A stretch of DNA of 64,000 nucleotides from Chitinophagaceae bacterium (lineage in GTDB: Bacteria > Bacteroidota > Bacteroidia > Chitinophagales > Chitinophagaceae). Below the pieces are notes generated by a model. It was given only the letters and a program-made list of their open reading frames with translations, was not told the DNA's origin and did no database searches. Each line of letters opens with the position of its first letter. Positions within the stretch are counted from its first letter, which is position 1. Made by a program: the position numbers and the translations under genes. Below, piece by piece: positions 10,425 to 20,716 of the stretch. The stretch spans positions 13,254 to 77,253 of the forward strand of contig JBIPNK010000006.1 in assembly GCA_044373365.1 (NCBI GenBank). The letters are read 5' to 3'.

Positions 10425-10452
10425 GAGCGCCGCGGGAAGTCCCGCGGCGCTC
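10425..10452. terminator. GC-rich hairpin, probable terminator between convergent operons
   Basis: GAGCGCCGCGGGA-AG-TCCCGCGGCGCTC is a perfect 13-bp inverted repeat; the U-tract is weak. Confidence 0.75.
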
Positions 10453-10479
10453 CTAATAAATATCAACCCAGATATTAAA

Positions 10480-11223
10480 TCAATAACTGAGGAATGAAGT
10501 CAATGTCCTTGCAGCAGCACCTGCTGTAGTGCGGTAGCTTCCCCTGAAAATAACGGTATAGTTTCTTTTGGCAGTGGCCACCAATCCGTTCAACTGTGTC
10601 AGGTTGTTTGTTGTGCCCGTTGGACGAACATACAAGGTGTCGCTGAAGTTAGCCCTGAATGAAATGAAATCAGTAACAGCAGCGGTACTGATGTTGGTGA
10701 AAAGATTTGCCTGCTGTTTTTGTGAGAAAATATCCACGTTGGGTATTGCTGTTGTGCTGAAAGGAAAGTTGGCAAACCTGATTCTTGCTGCAGTGTCATT
10801 GAATACCTGGATATTGTCTTGTATCAGCCTGAACTTTGGGGCATTCAATGAATCGTAAGCAAAAATGGTATAGTAGTTGCCGCCAATCATTGGAGCACTG
10901 AAACTGATGGGGTATTGTGTGCTTGGTGTAAGCGTATCCCTGATGGCAATGGCTCTGGTTCCAGCAGCCAAAGCAGCGTAGGAAGGAGACAGGCTCGGGA
11001 ACAAACCACCATAGGCGATGGTAGCACCATTCAAGGGAACCAGGTCTGAATAGATATAGGTCCTGTTGGAATTGATGATGGCATTGTGAAATTTCACAAA
11101 AGCTGTATTGCCAAGGTTGGTCTGTTCTGTAAGAAGTGACTTGTATTCTTTCTCACAAGCCGCCAGCATGATCATGCACACAAGGGCTATGGTGATTGAT
11201 TTGATGTTCATTGAAAATTTCAT
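10480..11223 (-). CDS. DUF4397-type lipoprotein (SusCD-associated)
   Basis: Lipobox LAAC; VKFHNA...YGGLFP and ARIRFANF...PNVDI tandem Ig-like modules; directly downstream of susD. Start refined to ATG 11223. Confidence 0.7.
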   Translation of the reverse strand: MKFSMNIKSITIALVCMIMLAACEKEYKSLLTEQTNLGNTAFVKFHNAIINSNRTYIYSDLVPLNGATIAYGGLFPSLSPSYAALAAGTRAIAIRDTLTPSTQYPISFSAPMIGGNYYTIFAYDSLNAPKFRLIQDNIQVFNDTAARIRFANFPFSTTAIPNVDIFSQKQQANLFTNISTAAVTDFISFRANFSDTLYVRPTGTTNNLTQLNGLVATAKRNYTVIFRGSYRTTAGAAARTLTSFLSY

Positions 11224-11246
11224 GATGATGATTTTAGTCTGGTGAT

Positions 11247-12875
11247 CTATTTCAGAGAGAACCATTGTTCTTTGGTATGGTAATCAAGGGCAATGGCGCC
11301 AATCCTTGTCAGTTCAGCAATATTATAGAGATACTCTGAGTTGAAACGGGGTCTCGCCCTATAAACTAACTTATTGCTATTGTTGATAAAAAGATCGATA
11401 CCTGAGGGCGTTACAAGATCAGCATATACCTGAACACCAGTTGAGGGGTCCAGATCTGTGTAGTGAAATCTTCTCATGTCAACCCAGGTTTCGTGCATCC
11501 CAAAACCATAGAGGGCTATGTATTTCTGCAGCATGATATGGCTCAACGAAAGCGATGCTGCCGGAGGCACTACAACAGGGTTGGCGAGAAACGCAGCTTT
11601 GATGGCGGGAGTCATCAGCCTGGGTACTGGTACGCCTGCACTGTAGTCTGTATTCAAATGGTCTATGTTGAGGCTGATGCCATCTGCATAGGCTGTTCTG
11701 GCAGAAGCGCGATCTCCCTTGCGGAGATAGGCCTCGGCCAGCATGAACTTGTTTTCGCTCGCAGTAATGATGGGGAATGGCGAACCGTTCTTGAAGATAT
11801 AACGACAGGTTGCATCAGATGTAGGCGCAGCAGCTGAACCGAATGCCTGACCCCAGAAGCTTTGTGGTTGGTCTGCTGTAACCAATCCGCTTGCGCCTTT
11901 GTTTGGTTTGATTCCCCTGATGGTTCCATTGGTGTTTTCCCTGAGCATGTAGAAAGATCTGGGATCTGTAACACCAGTGAAACGGGAATTCAATCCGTTC
12001 ATCAGGTTGGCAATGTATTCTGTTTGGCGCAGTGCACCTGCGTTATTCCTGACAGGCCCATAGAAGTTGGAAGTGCCTGTGATGCCTGTGTTGGCAAACT
12101 TACAAGTGGCATTGTCATCATTTGCATTGATGCCCAATAACGCGTATTTGATCACTGAATCTGGCTTGTACTCAGCCTTGTTGCTGAGGTGATTGAATGA
12201 CCTGGCCATGACGGTGTAAACAAATTTTTTCCATTTGTTTACGTCTCCATTATAAAAATAGGCATCTCCCTTGGCGAGGTTGGCCTGGCTTGCATTGTCT
12301 CCTGTTTTGTTGAGATAATCCAAGGCCAGTCTGCCGATAGCCCTTACTGTGTCGTAGACATCTTTTTGGTTGTCATAATTGAAAACAAGTTGCTCAGGGC
12401 GAAAAGCTTCTCGCATGATCACCTCTCCATACATGTTGGTCAGGGCCAGCCAGCTGAATGCCCTGATGGCATAACCTACACCTACATAATCCCACTTCTT
12501 TTCTTCAACTCCCCATTTCACCATTTTGTTCAGGTTCTCACCCATTCCAAAATAGTGCATGGCCCAAACAGACCCAAGTACGTCACTTGCACCAGTTGCA
12601 CCTGCCATTTGGTCAAATGTATTACCAGCACTGTTGGTGGCAAAGTATTGTACATAGCGTGCTATGTTCACGCCATCATTCGCCAGGCCATAAGCACTAC
12701 CTGCAGCAGCAGAGCTGCCTACAAAGTTTCCGATGATGCCGGGCAGCAGGGTTTCAACAGGAACCCTTACGCTGGCGTTTGGATTGGCAAATGCCTCATC
12801 AATCTTCTTCTCACAACTTGAGAACGAAAAGACCAGGGCTATTGAGGTCAGGTAAAATATGATATTCTTTTTCAT
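11247..12875 (-). CDS. susD: SusD/RagB family outer-membrane lipoprotein
   Basis: Lipobox FSSC; ANPNA, GEVIMREAF, FMLAEAYLR, IMLQKYIALY and WVDMRR SusD-like motifs. Confidence 0.9.
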   Translation of the reverse strand: MKKNIIFYLTSIALVFSFSSCEKKIDEAFANPNASVRVPVETLLPGIIGNFVGSSAAAGSAYGLANDGVNIARYVQYFATNSAGNTFDQMAGATGASDVLGSVWAMHYFGMGENLNKMVKWGVEEKKWDYVGVGYAIRAFSWLALTNMYGEVIMREAFRPEQLVFNYDNQKDVYDTVRAIGRLALDYLNKTGDNASQANLAKGDAYFYNGDVNKWKKFVYTVMARSFNHLSNKAEYKPDSVIKYALLGINANDDNATCKFANTGITGTSNFYGPVRNNAGALRQTEYIANLMNGLNSRFTGVTDPRSFYMLRENTNGTIRGIKPNKGASGLVTADQPQSFWGQAFGSAAAPTSDATCRYIFKNGSPFPIITASENKFMLAEAYLRKGDRASARTAYADGISLNIDHLNTDYSAGVPVPRLMTPAIKAAFLANPVVVPPAASLSLSHIMLQKYIALYGFGMHETWVDMRRFHYTDLDPSTGVQVYADLVTPSGIDLFINNSNKLVYRARPRFNSEYLYNIAELTRIGAIALDYHTKEQWFSLK

Positions 12876-12895
12876 GATCTGATTTTTCCTTTTGA

Positions 12896-15800
12896 TTAAA
12901 ATGATGTCTTCAAACCGAAGTTGAAACTGATGGGAGCGGGCATGGTTCCATAGTCAAAACCGAAACCACCAACACCTCTTGAACCTGCCGTATTACCATT
13001 GACTGCAGGATCTGCTCCTGTATAGTTGGTAATGAGTACAAGGTCATTCACGGTGAGGAAAACCTCAAGTGTTTTGATGCCAGGAAGGTCCCTGAATGGA
13101 TTCTTGGGCAATGCATACGCAAATGTCAGGTCACGCAGGCGAAGCCAGTTTACGTTCTTCTCGATGAAATCCTCTTCCGGCATGTTGGTATAGTAGGCAT
13201 CGTTCAAGGCTGGAACAACGACAATCGTATTCGGTGTTGGATTGGTGTTTTCCCTTCCGTCTTTCAACACGCCCTTGACAACGCGGGGCGTGAACCTGTC
13301 TGCAGTGAGGGGGCTTTTTCCTGCACCGGTAAGGAACCTGTGCGTACCATTGAAGATGTCTCCGCCCACTTTGATATCCCAGAGGAAATTCAACCTGAAC
13401 CTGTTCAGGCGGAAGGAATTGTTGATGCCCAGGGTGAAGTCAGGATTCCTGTCGCCACGGATTTTGAACAATTGTTCTACTACCGGTAGTCCATTGGTAG
13501 GGTTAATGAGCACATCCCCATTGAGGTTTCTTTCATAGCCAAAACCGGTGATGGATGTTGTAGGTCCACCAAATATCAGACCGCCCCTGGCATTGCCATA
13601 GAGCCATGTATCAGCGATATAGTATTCTGAAACGTTTTTAGGCATGTCGATCACCTCGTTCCACATCTTGTTGAAGTTCATCTGGAAATTCCATCCAAAC
13701 TTGGCCTTGTTGATCACGTTGGATCCAAGGGTAATTTCCACTCCCTGGTTTCTTGTGCTGGCCGCATTTTGCGTATTCAACACAAAACCTGTTCCATAAC
13801 TGAGGCGGAAGTTCTCAATGATCTGGCCCTTGTTGAGGGTATTGTAATAGGTTGCTTCCAGGTTGAGTTTGTTCCTGAATAGGCGGAGCTCTGTACCCAG
13901 TTCATAGGTGCTTTGTCTCTCTGGCGCCAGTTCAGGATTGGCATTGGTAAAGCCATAAGAAAATCCATTTCCACTGGCAAAATTGTTCACGAAAACCGAC
14001 TGCGTTGAATACGGGGTATTCAGACGGGCGGTTCCTGCCAGGGAGGTCCTGATTTTCCAGTAGCTGATCACATCGCTGTTTTTCAACGGCTTGATCAAGT
14101 CGCTGGCAATGATGCTAAGGCTTCCACCAGGATAGTTATAGTTCCTGTTTTTGGCAGGCAGGGTAGATGCTGATTCAAAACGATGGGTGTAGTTCAGGAA
14201 CAACATGTTTTTGTAGCTCACAGCAGCCTCTCCAAAATAAGCAAACTGACGGAGGACCTGTCTGTTGTATTCACCAAAATAGTTCCTCAACAACCTCACC
14301 CTTGAGTTGGGAGCAGTGATGCTGCTGTCGAAGCTTTCTGTAGAAGAAAGTGTATTTCCCGTGATGGCATACATTTGTGTTTTATAATCCTGCCACATGG
14401 TTCCCACCATGCCCCGGAAGCTGAAGTCACCCACTTTTTTCTTTGCAGTGGCAGTGATGGTATGGTTGTATCCGGCATATTTTCTCCAGAAATTGTCAAG
14501 GGTACCTTGAATAGCAGAACTTACATAAAAGCTTTTTGGATGGAACCTGGTATATCCGTCAATGTTGTAGGCGTCATATCCAAAACGACCCTGAACGGAT
14601 AACCAGCTTGTTGGGTTGATGTTGATACCCAATGATGTGGTGGCGCGCATGGTAATATCCTTTCCAACGTTGTTGTAGACATTGAAAAAAGGGTTGTCAA
14701 AATCTGCATTGGGATTGCTGCTGAACAAAGGCAGTTTGTCGCCGGTTACAGGATCTTCAAAGTTGAGGATGTTGTTTCTGTTCGGCCATATCATCAAACT
14801 CAGCATATAGCCTCCTGCACTTCTCAATACTTTGTTGTTTTCTGTCCTGATCAATGATATGGATGGCATAAGCTCAATGTACTTTCCAATCTTGGTTGTG
14901 TTGGAAAGACGCATGTTATAACGCTTGAAGTCATTGTTGGGAACTACACCTTGCTGGTCGAAAATGGATCCAGACAACCTGAAGAACGAATTTTTGATAC
15001 CGAAGTCCATGCCCAGGTTATGGGTTTGGGAAATACCCGGACGGAAAAACAATTTCACGTTGTCAAACAACAGGGTGGTATCTCCGTAAGCTGGCCCAAA
15101 ATAACGGAATGTGCTTGCAGGGATGCCGTTGGTACCATTGGAGTATTGATCAAAAGTTTCAGGGAACCTTGTAAGCTGTGAAACACGGAAGCTGTTGTCA
15201 TACTGCATCTGAAACTTACTTGTTTTGGCCCTTTTGGTGGTGATCAGGATGGCACCGGAGCTGGCCTGGCTACCATAAAGCGCAGTGGCCTCAGGTCCTT
15301 TCAAGATGGTTACGTTTTCAATATCACTTGGATTGATGTCGGCAATCCTGTTTTGGTAGTCATTGTTTCTGTTGGGGCGGTCAGAAGCCAGACCGATACC
15401 ACGACCTCCATCTGAAGTTTCATCAACACTCTGGTTGTCTACCACGATACCATCCACCACGAATAGTGGCTGATTGCTCATGGAAAGTGAGTTGAATCCC
15501 CTCAAAACGATGGAGGAAGAAGCTCCTGCAGCACCGCTGGTGGGGCTGATGGTCAGACCGGCAACACGGCCTTGTAGGCTGTTCACAAAGTTTTCACGCT
15601 GTGTTTCCTGGATATCATCTCCATCCACTTTCTGGACGGAATAACCCAGTTCGCGCGGATTCTTCTTGATGTCCATTGCCGTTACGACAACGCCTTCAAG
15701 CAGTCCTTCGTCTTGGGAGAGCTTAACATTGATGATGGTTTGTTCGGCAACCTTGATTTCCTTGGAAACAAAGCCCACTGAACTGAATACCAGTGTTTCA

Positions 15801-16003
15801 CCCTTGGATACCGCGATGATAAACTCACCTTTGGCATCGGTTTGCGAAGCCTTGGCTTTTCCTTTGATCGTCACTGTTGCATTGGAAACAGGCTGGTTGT
15901 TGGGCCCTGTAACCTTTCCTTTGATGCTGGTCTGTGCCATCACCATGGTGTGCAACAGCATGGGAAACATGATCAGCCATGTGATTTTTTTGATTTGTCT
16001 CAT
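12896..16003 (-). CDS. susC: SusC/RagA family TonB-linked outer-membrane transporter
   Basis: N-terminal carboxypeptidase-regulatory-like domain; plug DINPSDIENVTILKGPEATALYGSQASSGAILITTK; C-terminal FNFGLKTSF. Confidence 0.95.
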   Translation of the reverse strand: MRQIKKITWLIMFPMLLHTMVMAQTSIKGKVTGPNNQPVSNATVTIKGKAKASQTDAKGEFIIAVSKGETLVFSSVGFVSKEIKVAEQTIINVKLSQDEGLLEGVVVTAMDIKKNPRELGYSVQKVDGDDIQETQRENFVNSLQGRVAGLTISPTSGAAGASSSIVLRGFNSLSMSNQPLFVVDGIVVDNQSVDETSDGGRGIGLASDRPNRNNDYQNRIADINPSDIENVTILKGPEATALYGSQASSGAILITTKRAKTSKFQMQYDNSFRVSQLTRFPETFDQYSNGTNGIPASTFRYFGPAYGDTTLLFDNVKLFFRPGISQTHNLGMDFGIKNSFFRLSGSIFDQQGVVPNNDFKRYNMRLSNTTKIGKYIELMPSISLIRTENNKVLRSAGGYMLSLMIWPNRNNILNFEDPVTGDKLPLFSSNPNADFDNPFFNVYNNVGKDITMRATTSLGININPTSWLSVQGRFGYDAYNIDGYTRFHPKSFYVSSAIQGTLDNFWRKYAGYNHTITATAKKKVGDFSFRGMVGTMWQDYKTQMYAITGNTLSSTESFDSSITAPNSRVRLLRNYFGEYNRQVLRQFAYFGEAAVSYKNMLFLNYTHRFESASTLPAKNRNYNYPGGSLSIIASDLIKPLKNSDVISYWKIRTSLAGTARLNTPYSTQSVFVNNFASGNGFSYGFTNANPELAPERQSTYELGTELRLFRNKLNLEATYYNTLNKGQIIENFRLSYGTGFVLNTQNAASTRNQGVEITLGSNVINKAKFGWNFQMNFNKMWNEVIDMPKNVSEYYIADTWLYGNARGGLIFGGPTTSITGFGYERNLNGDVLINPTNGLPVVEQLFKIRGDRNPDFTLGINNSFRLNRFRLNFLWDIKVGGDIFNGTHRFLTGAGKSPLTADRFTPRVVKGVLKDGRENTNPTPNTIVVVPALNDAYYTNMPEEDFIEKNVNWLRLRDLTFAYALPKNPFRDLPGIKTLEVFLTVNDLVLITNYTGADPAVNGNTAGSRGVGGFGFDYGTMPAPISFNFGLKTSF

Positions 16004-16134
16004 AAACGTTTTTTTTTGTCTTTTATAGACCTTGTTTAGCTATATAAAAAGTAGTTGGATGCCTATAAGGGGTTTGTCTTGCAGAAAGACATTGGTAATT
16101 CGGAGCGAAAGGTATAAATCTTGGCGGAAATAGA

Positions 16135-16142
16135 CAAATATA
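16135..16142 (-). promoter_or_regulatory. -7 element (TATATTTG) for the susC operon
   Basis: Exact TAnnTTTG match on the minus strand, about 130 nt upstream of the susC ATG. Confidence 0.5.
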
Positions 16143-16154
16143 GGGCCAAAAAGA

Positions 16155-17732
16155 TCAGTTTTTAAGCCCTTTCGCTGTTCCGCTCCAGTCAGGATCAGCC
16201 GCCCCTATCCAGTTTCCTGAACCATCGTATTGGATGGCATGCACCCTGCCAAACTGTGCTGTTGTTTTGACTTCCTCGATTTTGATGCCGGACTGCCTCA
16301 GCAGGTCCATCGTTTTTGTGTCTTTCCAGAAGACATTTTTGTGGTTCTCAACCAATAACCTGTCAGGAAGCTGGTAGACCCTTCCGGCTGAAAGTGCCTG
16401 TTCAAGCGGCATGCCCTGGTCAATCACCCGGCTGATCACCTGCACAATGGCGGGTACAATCCTTGCTCCGCCGGCAGCACCCAGTGCGAGAAACGGTTTC
16501 CCATCTTTTAAGATGATGACCGGTGAGATATGTGAGGAAGCCCTTTCGCCTGGCTTCATTTCACCAAGATATGGCCCCATGGTTGTGGCCAGCACGAATC
16601 CGTTTTTCTTTGAAGCTACTTTTGAGCCCATCAACGGACCCACAGACTGGGTGACGGAAACCATGTTGCCATTCTGGTCACTGGCCACCAGGTGGGTTGT
16701 ATGCCCATTGCTATGGTCTCCTGTGGTAGCAGTTGCCGGAAGGGCCATTGTTTTGGGCAAGCTGTCTTTCCATCTTTTTGCTGCATAGGCTCCAACGACC
16801 AGGCTGTCTTCCTTTGTTTTCAAAAGCGGTCGGTCTTCGTATGCCTTGTGGTGTGCTGCCGCGTGATACTGGAGGTAATCTTTTTCAGAAACCTTGGACA
16901 GGTCAACCTGTTCCAGCATTTGAAGCATTTCAATCACGATGGCCCCATAGCAAGGCAGGCCTGTTCCAATGATTTCATATCCCCTGTACCTTCCCCTCAC
17001 AATTTTTGCCTCTTCTGCCTTGTAGTTATTCATGTCAGCAAGGGTCAGAAAACCGCCACCTATCTTGATTTCTTCAGTCAGTGCATAGGCTATCCCGCCA
17101 TTGTAAAAAGATTTCCCTTTGTCTCGGGCAATGGTTTTCAGCGTTTTGGCCAGTGCGGGTTGTTTGAACAGCGATCCGCCTGCATACACGGTGTCTTTTT
17201 GAAGAAAATGGGCTGCGGTTCCTTCAAATTTTCTCAATTCCTTGATCTCAATCGATTCTCTTCTTGATTCTTCGCTGAGTAGGACATGGCCCTTGGAAGC
17301 AGCTGCTATGGCGGGTTCTATCACCTGCTTCAATGGGAGCTTGCCGTATTGTTGGTGGAGTTGGACAATGCCTTTTACCATGCCGGGTACACCAATGGTA
17401 CCATATCCATGCTCCGCTTCTTTTGCTTTTTTGATGTATCCTGACGGAACCTGTGTGGTGGCATCCAGTCCCCTTACCCCTTGACCGGGAACAAAATAAA
17501 TGGCCTGCAAACGTCCGCCCAGACCACTCATGCTGGGTTCCACCACCGAAAGCATGAAGGATGATGCTGCAATCGCATCAAAGGCATTGCCTCCTTGTTT
17601 GAGCATGAGCAACCCTGCTTCTGTTGCCATGGGATGCGCGCTGGCAACCATGGCAGCAGCTGTATCTTGTTTTTGCTGTGAAAAAGCCAGGCTGGCGATC
17701 AGCGTAAAGAGGATGGGCAAGAATTGCTTCAT
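16155..17732 (-). CDS. ggt: Gamma-glutamyltransferase family protein (exported)
   Basis: Signal peptide; VASAHPMA, GGNAFDA, SGLGG and GVPG motifs; autocleavage Thr in GHTTHLVASD. Confidence 0.9.
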   Translation of the reverse strand: MKQFLPILFTLIASLAFSQQKQDTAAAMVASAHPMATEAGLLMLKQGGNAFDAIAASSFMLSVVEPSMSGLGGRLQAIYFVPGQGVRGLDATTQVPSGYIKKAKEAEHGYGTIGVPGMVKGIVQLHQQYGKLPLKQVIEPAIAAASKGHVLLSEESRRESIEIKELRKFEGTAAHFLQKDTVYAGGSLFKQPALAKTLKTIARDKGKSFYNGGIAYALTEEIKIGGGFLTLADMNNYKAEEAKIVRGRYRGYEIIGTGLPCYGAIVIEMLQMLEQVDLSKVSEKDYLQYHAAAHHKAYEDRPLLKTKEDSLVVGAYAAKRWKDSLPKTMALPATATTGDHSNGHTTHLVASDQNGNMVSVTQSVGPLMGSKVASKKNGFVLATTMGPYLGEMKPGERASSHISPVIILKDGKPFLALGAAGGARIVPAIVQVISRVIDQGMPLEQALSAGRVYQLPDRLLVENHKNVFWKDTKTMDLLRQSGIKIEEVKTTAQFGRVHAIQYDGSGNWIGAADPDWSGTAKGLKN

Positions 17733-17931
17733 TCAGTTGGAATTGTACAGTACAACAAAGAACAAAAATAGATAATTTTTTCCTCTGCCTTACTGGGTTT
17801 GAATTTACCAGTGGTTTGGTAGCATGATCAGCCTATATCAAACTTCTAAAACGATTTCGCGTAAATTGGTTAACTTTTGAATGGATATGAATTGTTTGCA
17901 GTCAAATATTGTTCACGATTATCAAAGCCAA

Positions 17932-18672
17932 ATGAAAAAAATAATAGTTACAACGCTGCTTCTGTTCCAAACTGTTTTATTGTTTGCCCAGGCGCAGATC
18001 CAGACAAATGTGTACAAGTGGAGCAGTGGGAAGACAGCGATGTTTGATGGTGCTGGTGCCATTTTCTCCAAACAGGTTTTGAAAGGCCATGCCATCGCTG
18101 GGGAAAAAAAACTGAAGTTCAACACAGGAGCAAGTGGAGATGAACTTTTTTTCATCATTAAATACGGTCCTGTGCATGTTGAGCTGAATGGTGTACACCA
18201 TGACCTTGACAAAGGCTCTGTTGTTTTTCTCTTGCCAGGCGATGATGTTGTATTTCAGAACAAGCGCAAGGATGATGTTGAAATTTATGAAATGCAAATG
18301 GCATCAACCCAACCAGATCTTGCCAGGGGAAAAGCCGCAGGGCCTTCTTTTGTGATGGATTGGTTTGACATGAATTTCAAGCCACATGACAGGGGTGGCG
18401 TAAGGCAATTGTTTGACAGGAAAATTGTGATGTCGCCCCGTTTTGACATCCATATCACTACTTTGAATCCGGGCTTGAGCAGCCATCCTCCACATACGCA
18501 CAAAACAGAAGAGATCATCCTGATGATTGATGGAGAAGGGGAGATGGTGCTGGGAGCATCAAAGCAAAAGATCATTACCGGTGATGCTGCCTGGGTAGAA
18601 TCCAATATTCCGCACAACATCACCAACATTGCCAAAAGACCTGCCGTCTATTTTGCCATCCAGTGGAATTAA
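17932..18672 (+). CDS. Exported bicupin protein
   Basis: Signal peptide MKKIIVTT; C-terminal cupin HPPHTHKTEE...GEG...NIPH metal motif; a degenerate N-terminal cupin. Confidence 0.75.
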   Translation: MKKIIVTTLLLFQTVLLFAQAQIQTNVYKWSSGKTAMFDGAGAIFSKQVLKGHAIAGEKKLKFNTGASGDELFFIIKYGPVHVELNGVHHDLDKGSVVFLLPGDDVVFQNKRKDDVEIYEMQMASTQPDLARGKAAGPSFVMDWFDMNFKPHDRGGVRQLFDRKIVMSPRFDIHITTLNPGLSSHPPHTHKTEEIILMIDGEGEMVLGASKQKIITGDAAWVESNIPHNITNIAKRPAVYFAIQWN

Positions 18673-18682
18673 AAGTATTAAT

Positions 18683-19447
18683 ATGAAGTATATTTTTTCA
18701 CTTGTTTTTTTATGCTGTATCAGTTCCCTGTTTGCGCAAGACAAGAAAAAAACATGGGTCTTCATCCTGGCCGGTCAATCCAACATGGCGGGCCGTGGTG
18801 CCGTTGAAGCAGAAGACACCATCACCGATCCAAGGATCAGGACCATCAACAAGCAAGGGCAAATTGTTCCTGCAAAAGAGCCGCTGCATTTTTATGAACC
18901 CACCATGGCCGGATTGGATTGTGGGCTTTCCTTTGCAAAAGAGATGATCAAGGATTGTCCGGATGATGTCAGTATTCTCCTCATTCCCGCTGCGGTTGGC
19001 GGAAGCAATATCCGCCAGTGGTTGGGGGACTCGATTCATCGTGGCGTAAAATTGCTGAGCAATTTCAAAGAGAAGACGGCTCTTGCCAAACAGTACGGCA
19101 CCATCAAGGGAATACTCTGGCACCAGGGGGAAGGCGATGCCAATGAGAAGGGAATGCCGGTGTACAAGGAAAATATGCAAAAGCTGTTTGGTATATTCAG
19201 GGAGGAATCTGGTAAGAAGAAATTGCCCATCCTGCTGGGCGAACTGGGTGCCTTTAACATCAATGCAGCAAAACAATTCAAGCAGATCAATAAGATCATT
19301 TGGGAGTATTCATCAACCGATAAAAACACTGCTGTTATTGCCACTGGCGATCTTGGTCACAAGGGGGATAACCTGCATTTCAATGCAGCAGGGCAAAGGG
19401 CCATGGGTATCCGTTATGCAAAGGCCTATTGGTCGCTTAGACATTGA
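18683..19447 (+). CDS. Sialate O-acetylesterase / SASA (CE6-like) SGNH esterase
   Basis: AGQSNMAGRG, GILWHQGEGD and DNLHF motifs; signal peptide. Confidence 0.85.
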   Translation: MKYIFSLVFLCCISSLFAQDKKKTWVFILAGQSNMAGRGAVEAEDTITDPRIRTINKQGQIVPAKEPLHFYEPTMAGLDCGLSFAKEMIKDCPDDVSILLIPAAVGGSNIRQWLGDSIHRGVKLLSNFKEKTALAKQYGTIKGILWHQGEGDANEKGMPVYKENMQKLFGIFREESGKKKLPILLGELGAFNINAAKQFKQINKIIWEYSSTDKNTAVIATGDLGHKGDNLHFNAAGQRAMGIRYAKAYWSLRH

Positions 19448-19457
19448 TGTTAAAAAT

Positions 19458-20690
19458 TTATTGTAAAGCAGAAAGCGTTTTCATCCTGAACAAAATGAAA
19501 AAGGCTGAAAACAGAGTAAGGGTTCCGATCAGCATAATCGAAGCATTGATCCCAAGGTGGTCGGCTGTGATGCCTGTAATAACAGCACCTATCGCGTATC
19601 CGCTATCTCTCCAGAACCTGAAAATACCCAGGCTTTTTCCCCTGTCAAGGGCATGTGTATTGTCGCTGATGGTGGCAAGAAAGGTTGGATACACCATGGC
19701 TGTGCCGATGCCCAGTGCAATGCTGATCATCATCATTTCGGCATAGGTGTTGGCAAGGGTCAAAACAAAGATGGCCAGGGCTTGGAGCAGCATCCCCCAG
19801 AATAAAAGTCCTTTTTTGGACACCATGTCTGCAAGCTTTCCGGTGATGATTTGGCTGAGGCCCCAAACGGCAGGGTAAATGGAGGTGATGATGCCAACAT
19901 CCACCAGGTCAAAATGTTTTCTTGACAGGATGATGGGCAGTAAACCCCAGATCATTCCATCGTTGAGGTTGTTGACCAGGCCTGCCTGGGTTACGGCACC
20001 GAGTTGCCTGTTTTTAAATGTTGTTTCAAGAAAAATATTTTTCAGTCTTGGCAATTGGTTCAGGCTGGTGGCTTCTTTTGCAACAAAAGCTCTTGTATCC
20101 TGAACAAAGAAAATACTGAGTACCAATCCAATAGAAGCCACCAAAATGCCCAGGTAAAATGGATAAGGAAAAACACCATAATGGTCAGCAATGAAAGCGG
20201 TAAAGAATGCCATGATGGCCACGGCAATATATCCTGCAAACTCATTCAATCCCATGGCAAAGCCGCGGTTTTTTTGTCCTACCAGGTCAATTTTCATGGC
20301 AACCGTACTCGACCAGGTAAAGCCCTGGTGTATGCCCAGCAAAACATTGGCAAATACAATCCATGACCAGCTGGGGGCATAGATGAAGATCAGTGGAACA
20401 GGAAAGGCAATGATCCAGCCCAGTACCAGTATTTTTTTTCTTGTGTATTTGGCAGCAAGAAATCCTGAAAAATAATTCGCTATGGCTTTGGAGATGCCAA
20501 AGATGACAATGAATGAAAGCAATACAGCGGTTGAGGCGATATTGAATTTTGCTGCTGCAAACTCAGGCAGGATCGACCTTTCAATGCCAATCATGGCGCC
20601 AACAAAGGCGTTGACGATGATCAACAATACAAACTGTTGAAGGTTTTCTTTCAAACCCAGTTGAACAGGTTGATCAATAATTTTGTCCAT
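19458..20690 (-). CDS. MFS transporter
   Basis: 12-TM profile; FSGFLAAKYTRK and TGKLADMVSKK MFS loop motifs. Confidence 0.9.
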   Translation of the reverse strand: MDKIIDQPVQLGLKENLQQFVLLIIVNAFVGAMIGIERSILPEFAAAKFNIASTAVLLSFIVIFGISKAIANYFSGFLAAKYTRKKILVLGWIIAFPVPLIFIYAPSWSWIVFANVLLGIHQGFTWSSTVAMKIDLVGQKNRGFAMGLNEFAGYIAVAIMAFFTAFIADHYGVFPYPFYLGILVASIGLVLSIFFVQDTRAFVAKEATSLNQLPRLKNIFLETTFKNRQLGAVTQAGLVNNLNDGMIWGLLPIILSRKHFDLVDVGIITSIYPAVWGLSQIITGKLADMVSKKGLLFWGMLLQALAIFVLTLANTYAEMMMISIALGIGTAMVYPTFLATISDNTHALDRGKSLGIFRFWRDSGYAIGAVITGITADHLGINASIMLIGTLTLFSAFFILFRMKTLSALQ

Positions 20691-20716
20691 GCCGACAAAG
20701 TAAGATCATGCTATTC

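Noticed and set aside
16009-16017. T9 homopolymer upstream of susC as a phase-variation tract
   Set aside because: On the coding strand it is an A-rich translation-initiation region, which is normal for Bacteroidota, and it lies outside both the promoter spacer and the CDS.
16155-18672. Purine-catabolism pathway (HpxW-like GGT + ureidoglycine aminohydrolase-like cupin + xanthine-oxidase-family enzyme)
   Set aside because: The genes are 32 kb apart, GGT and cupin are exported, and no uricase, allantoinase or purine permease is present. The molybdoenzyme is IorAB-type, not XdhAB.
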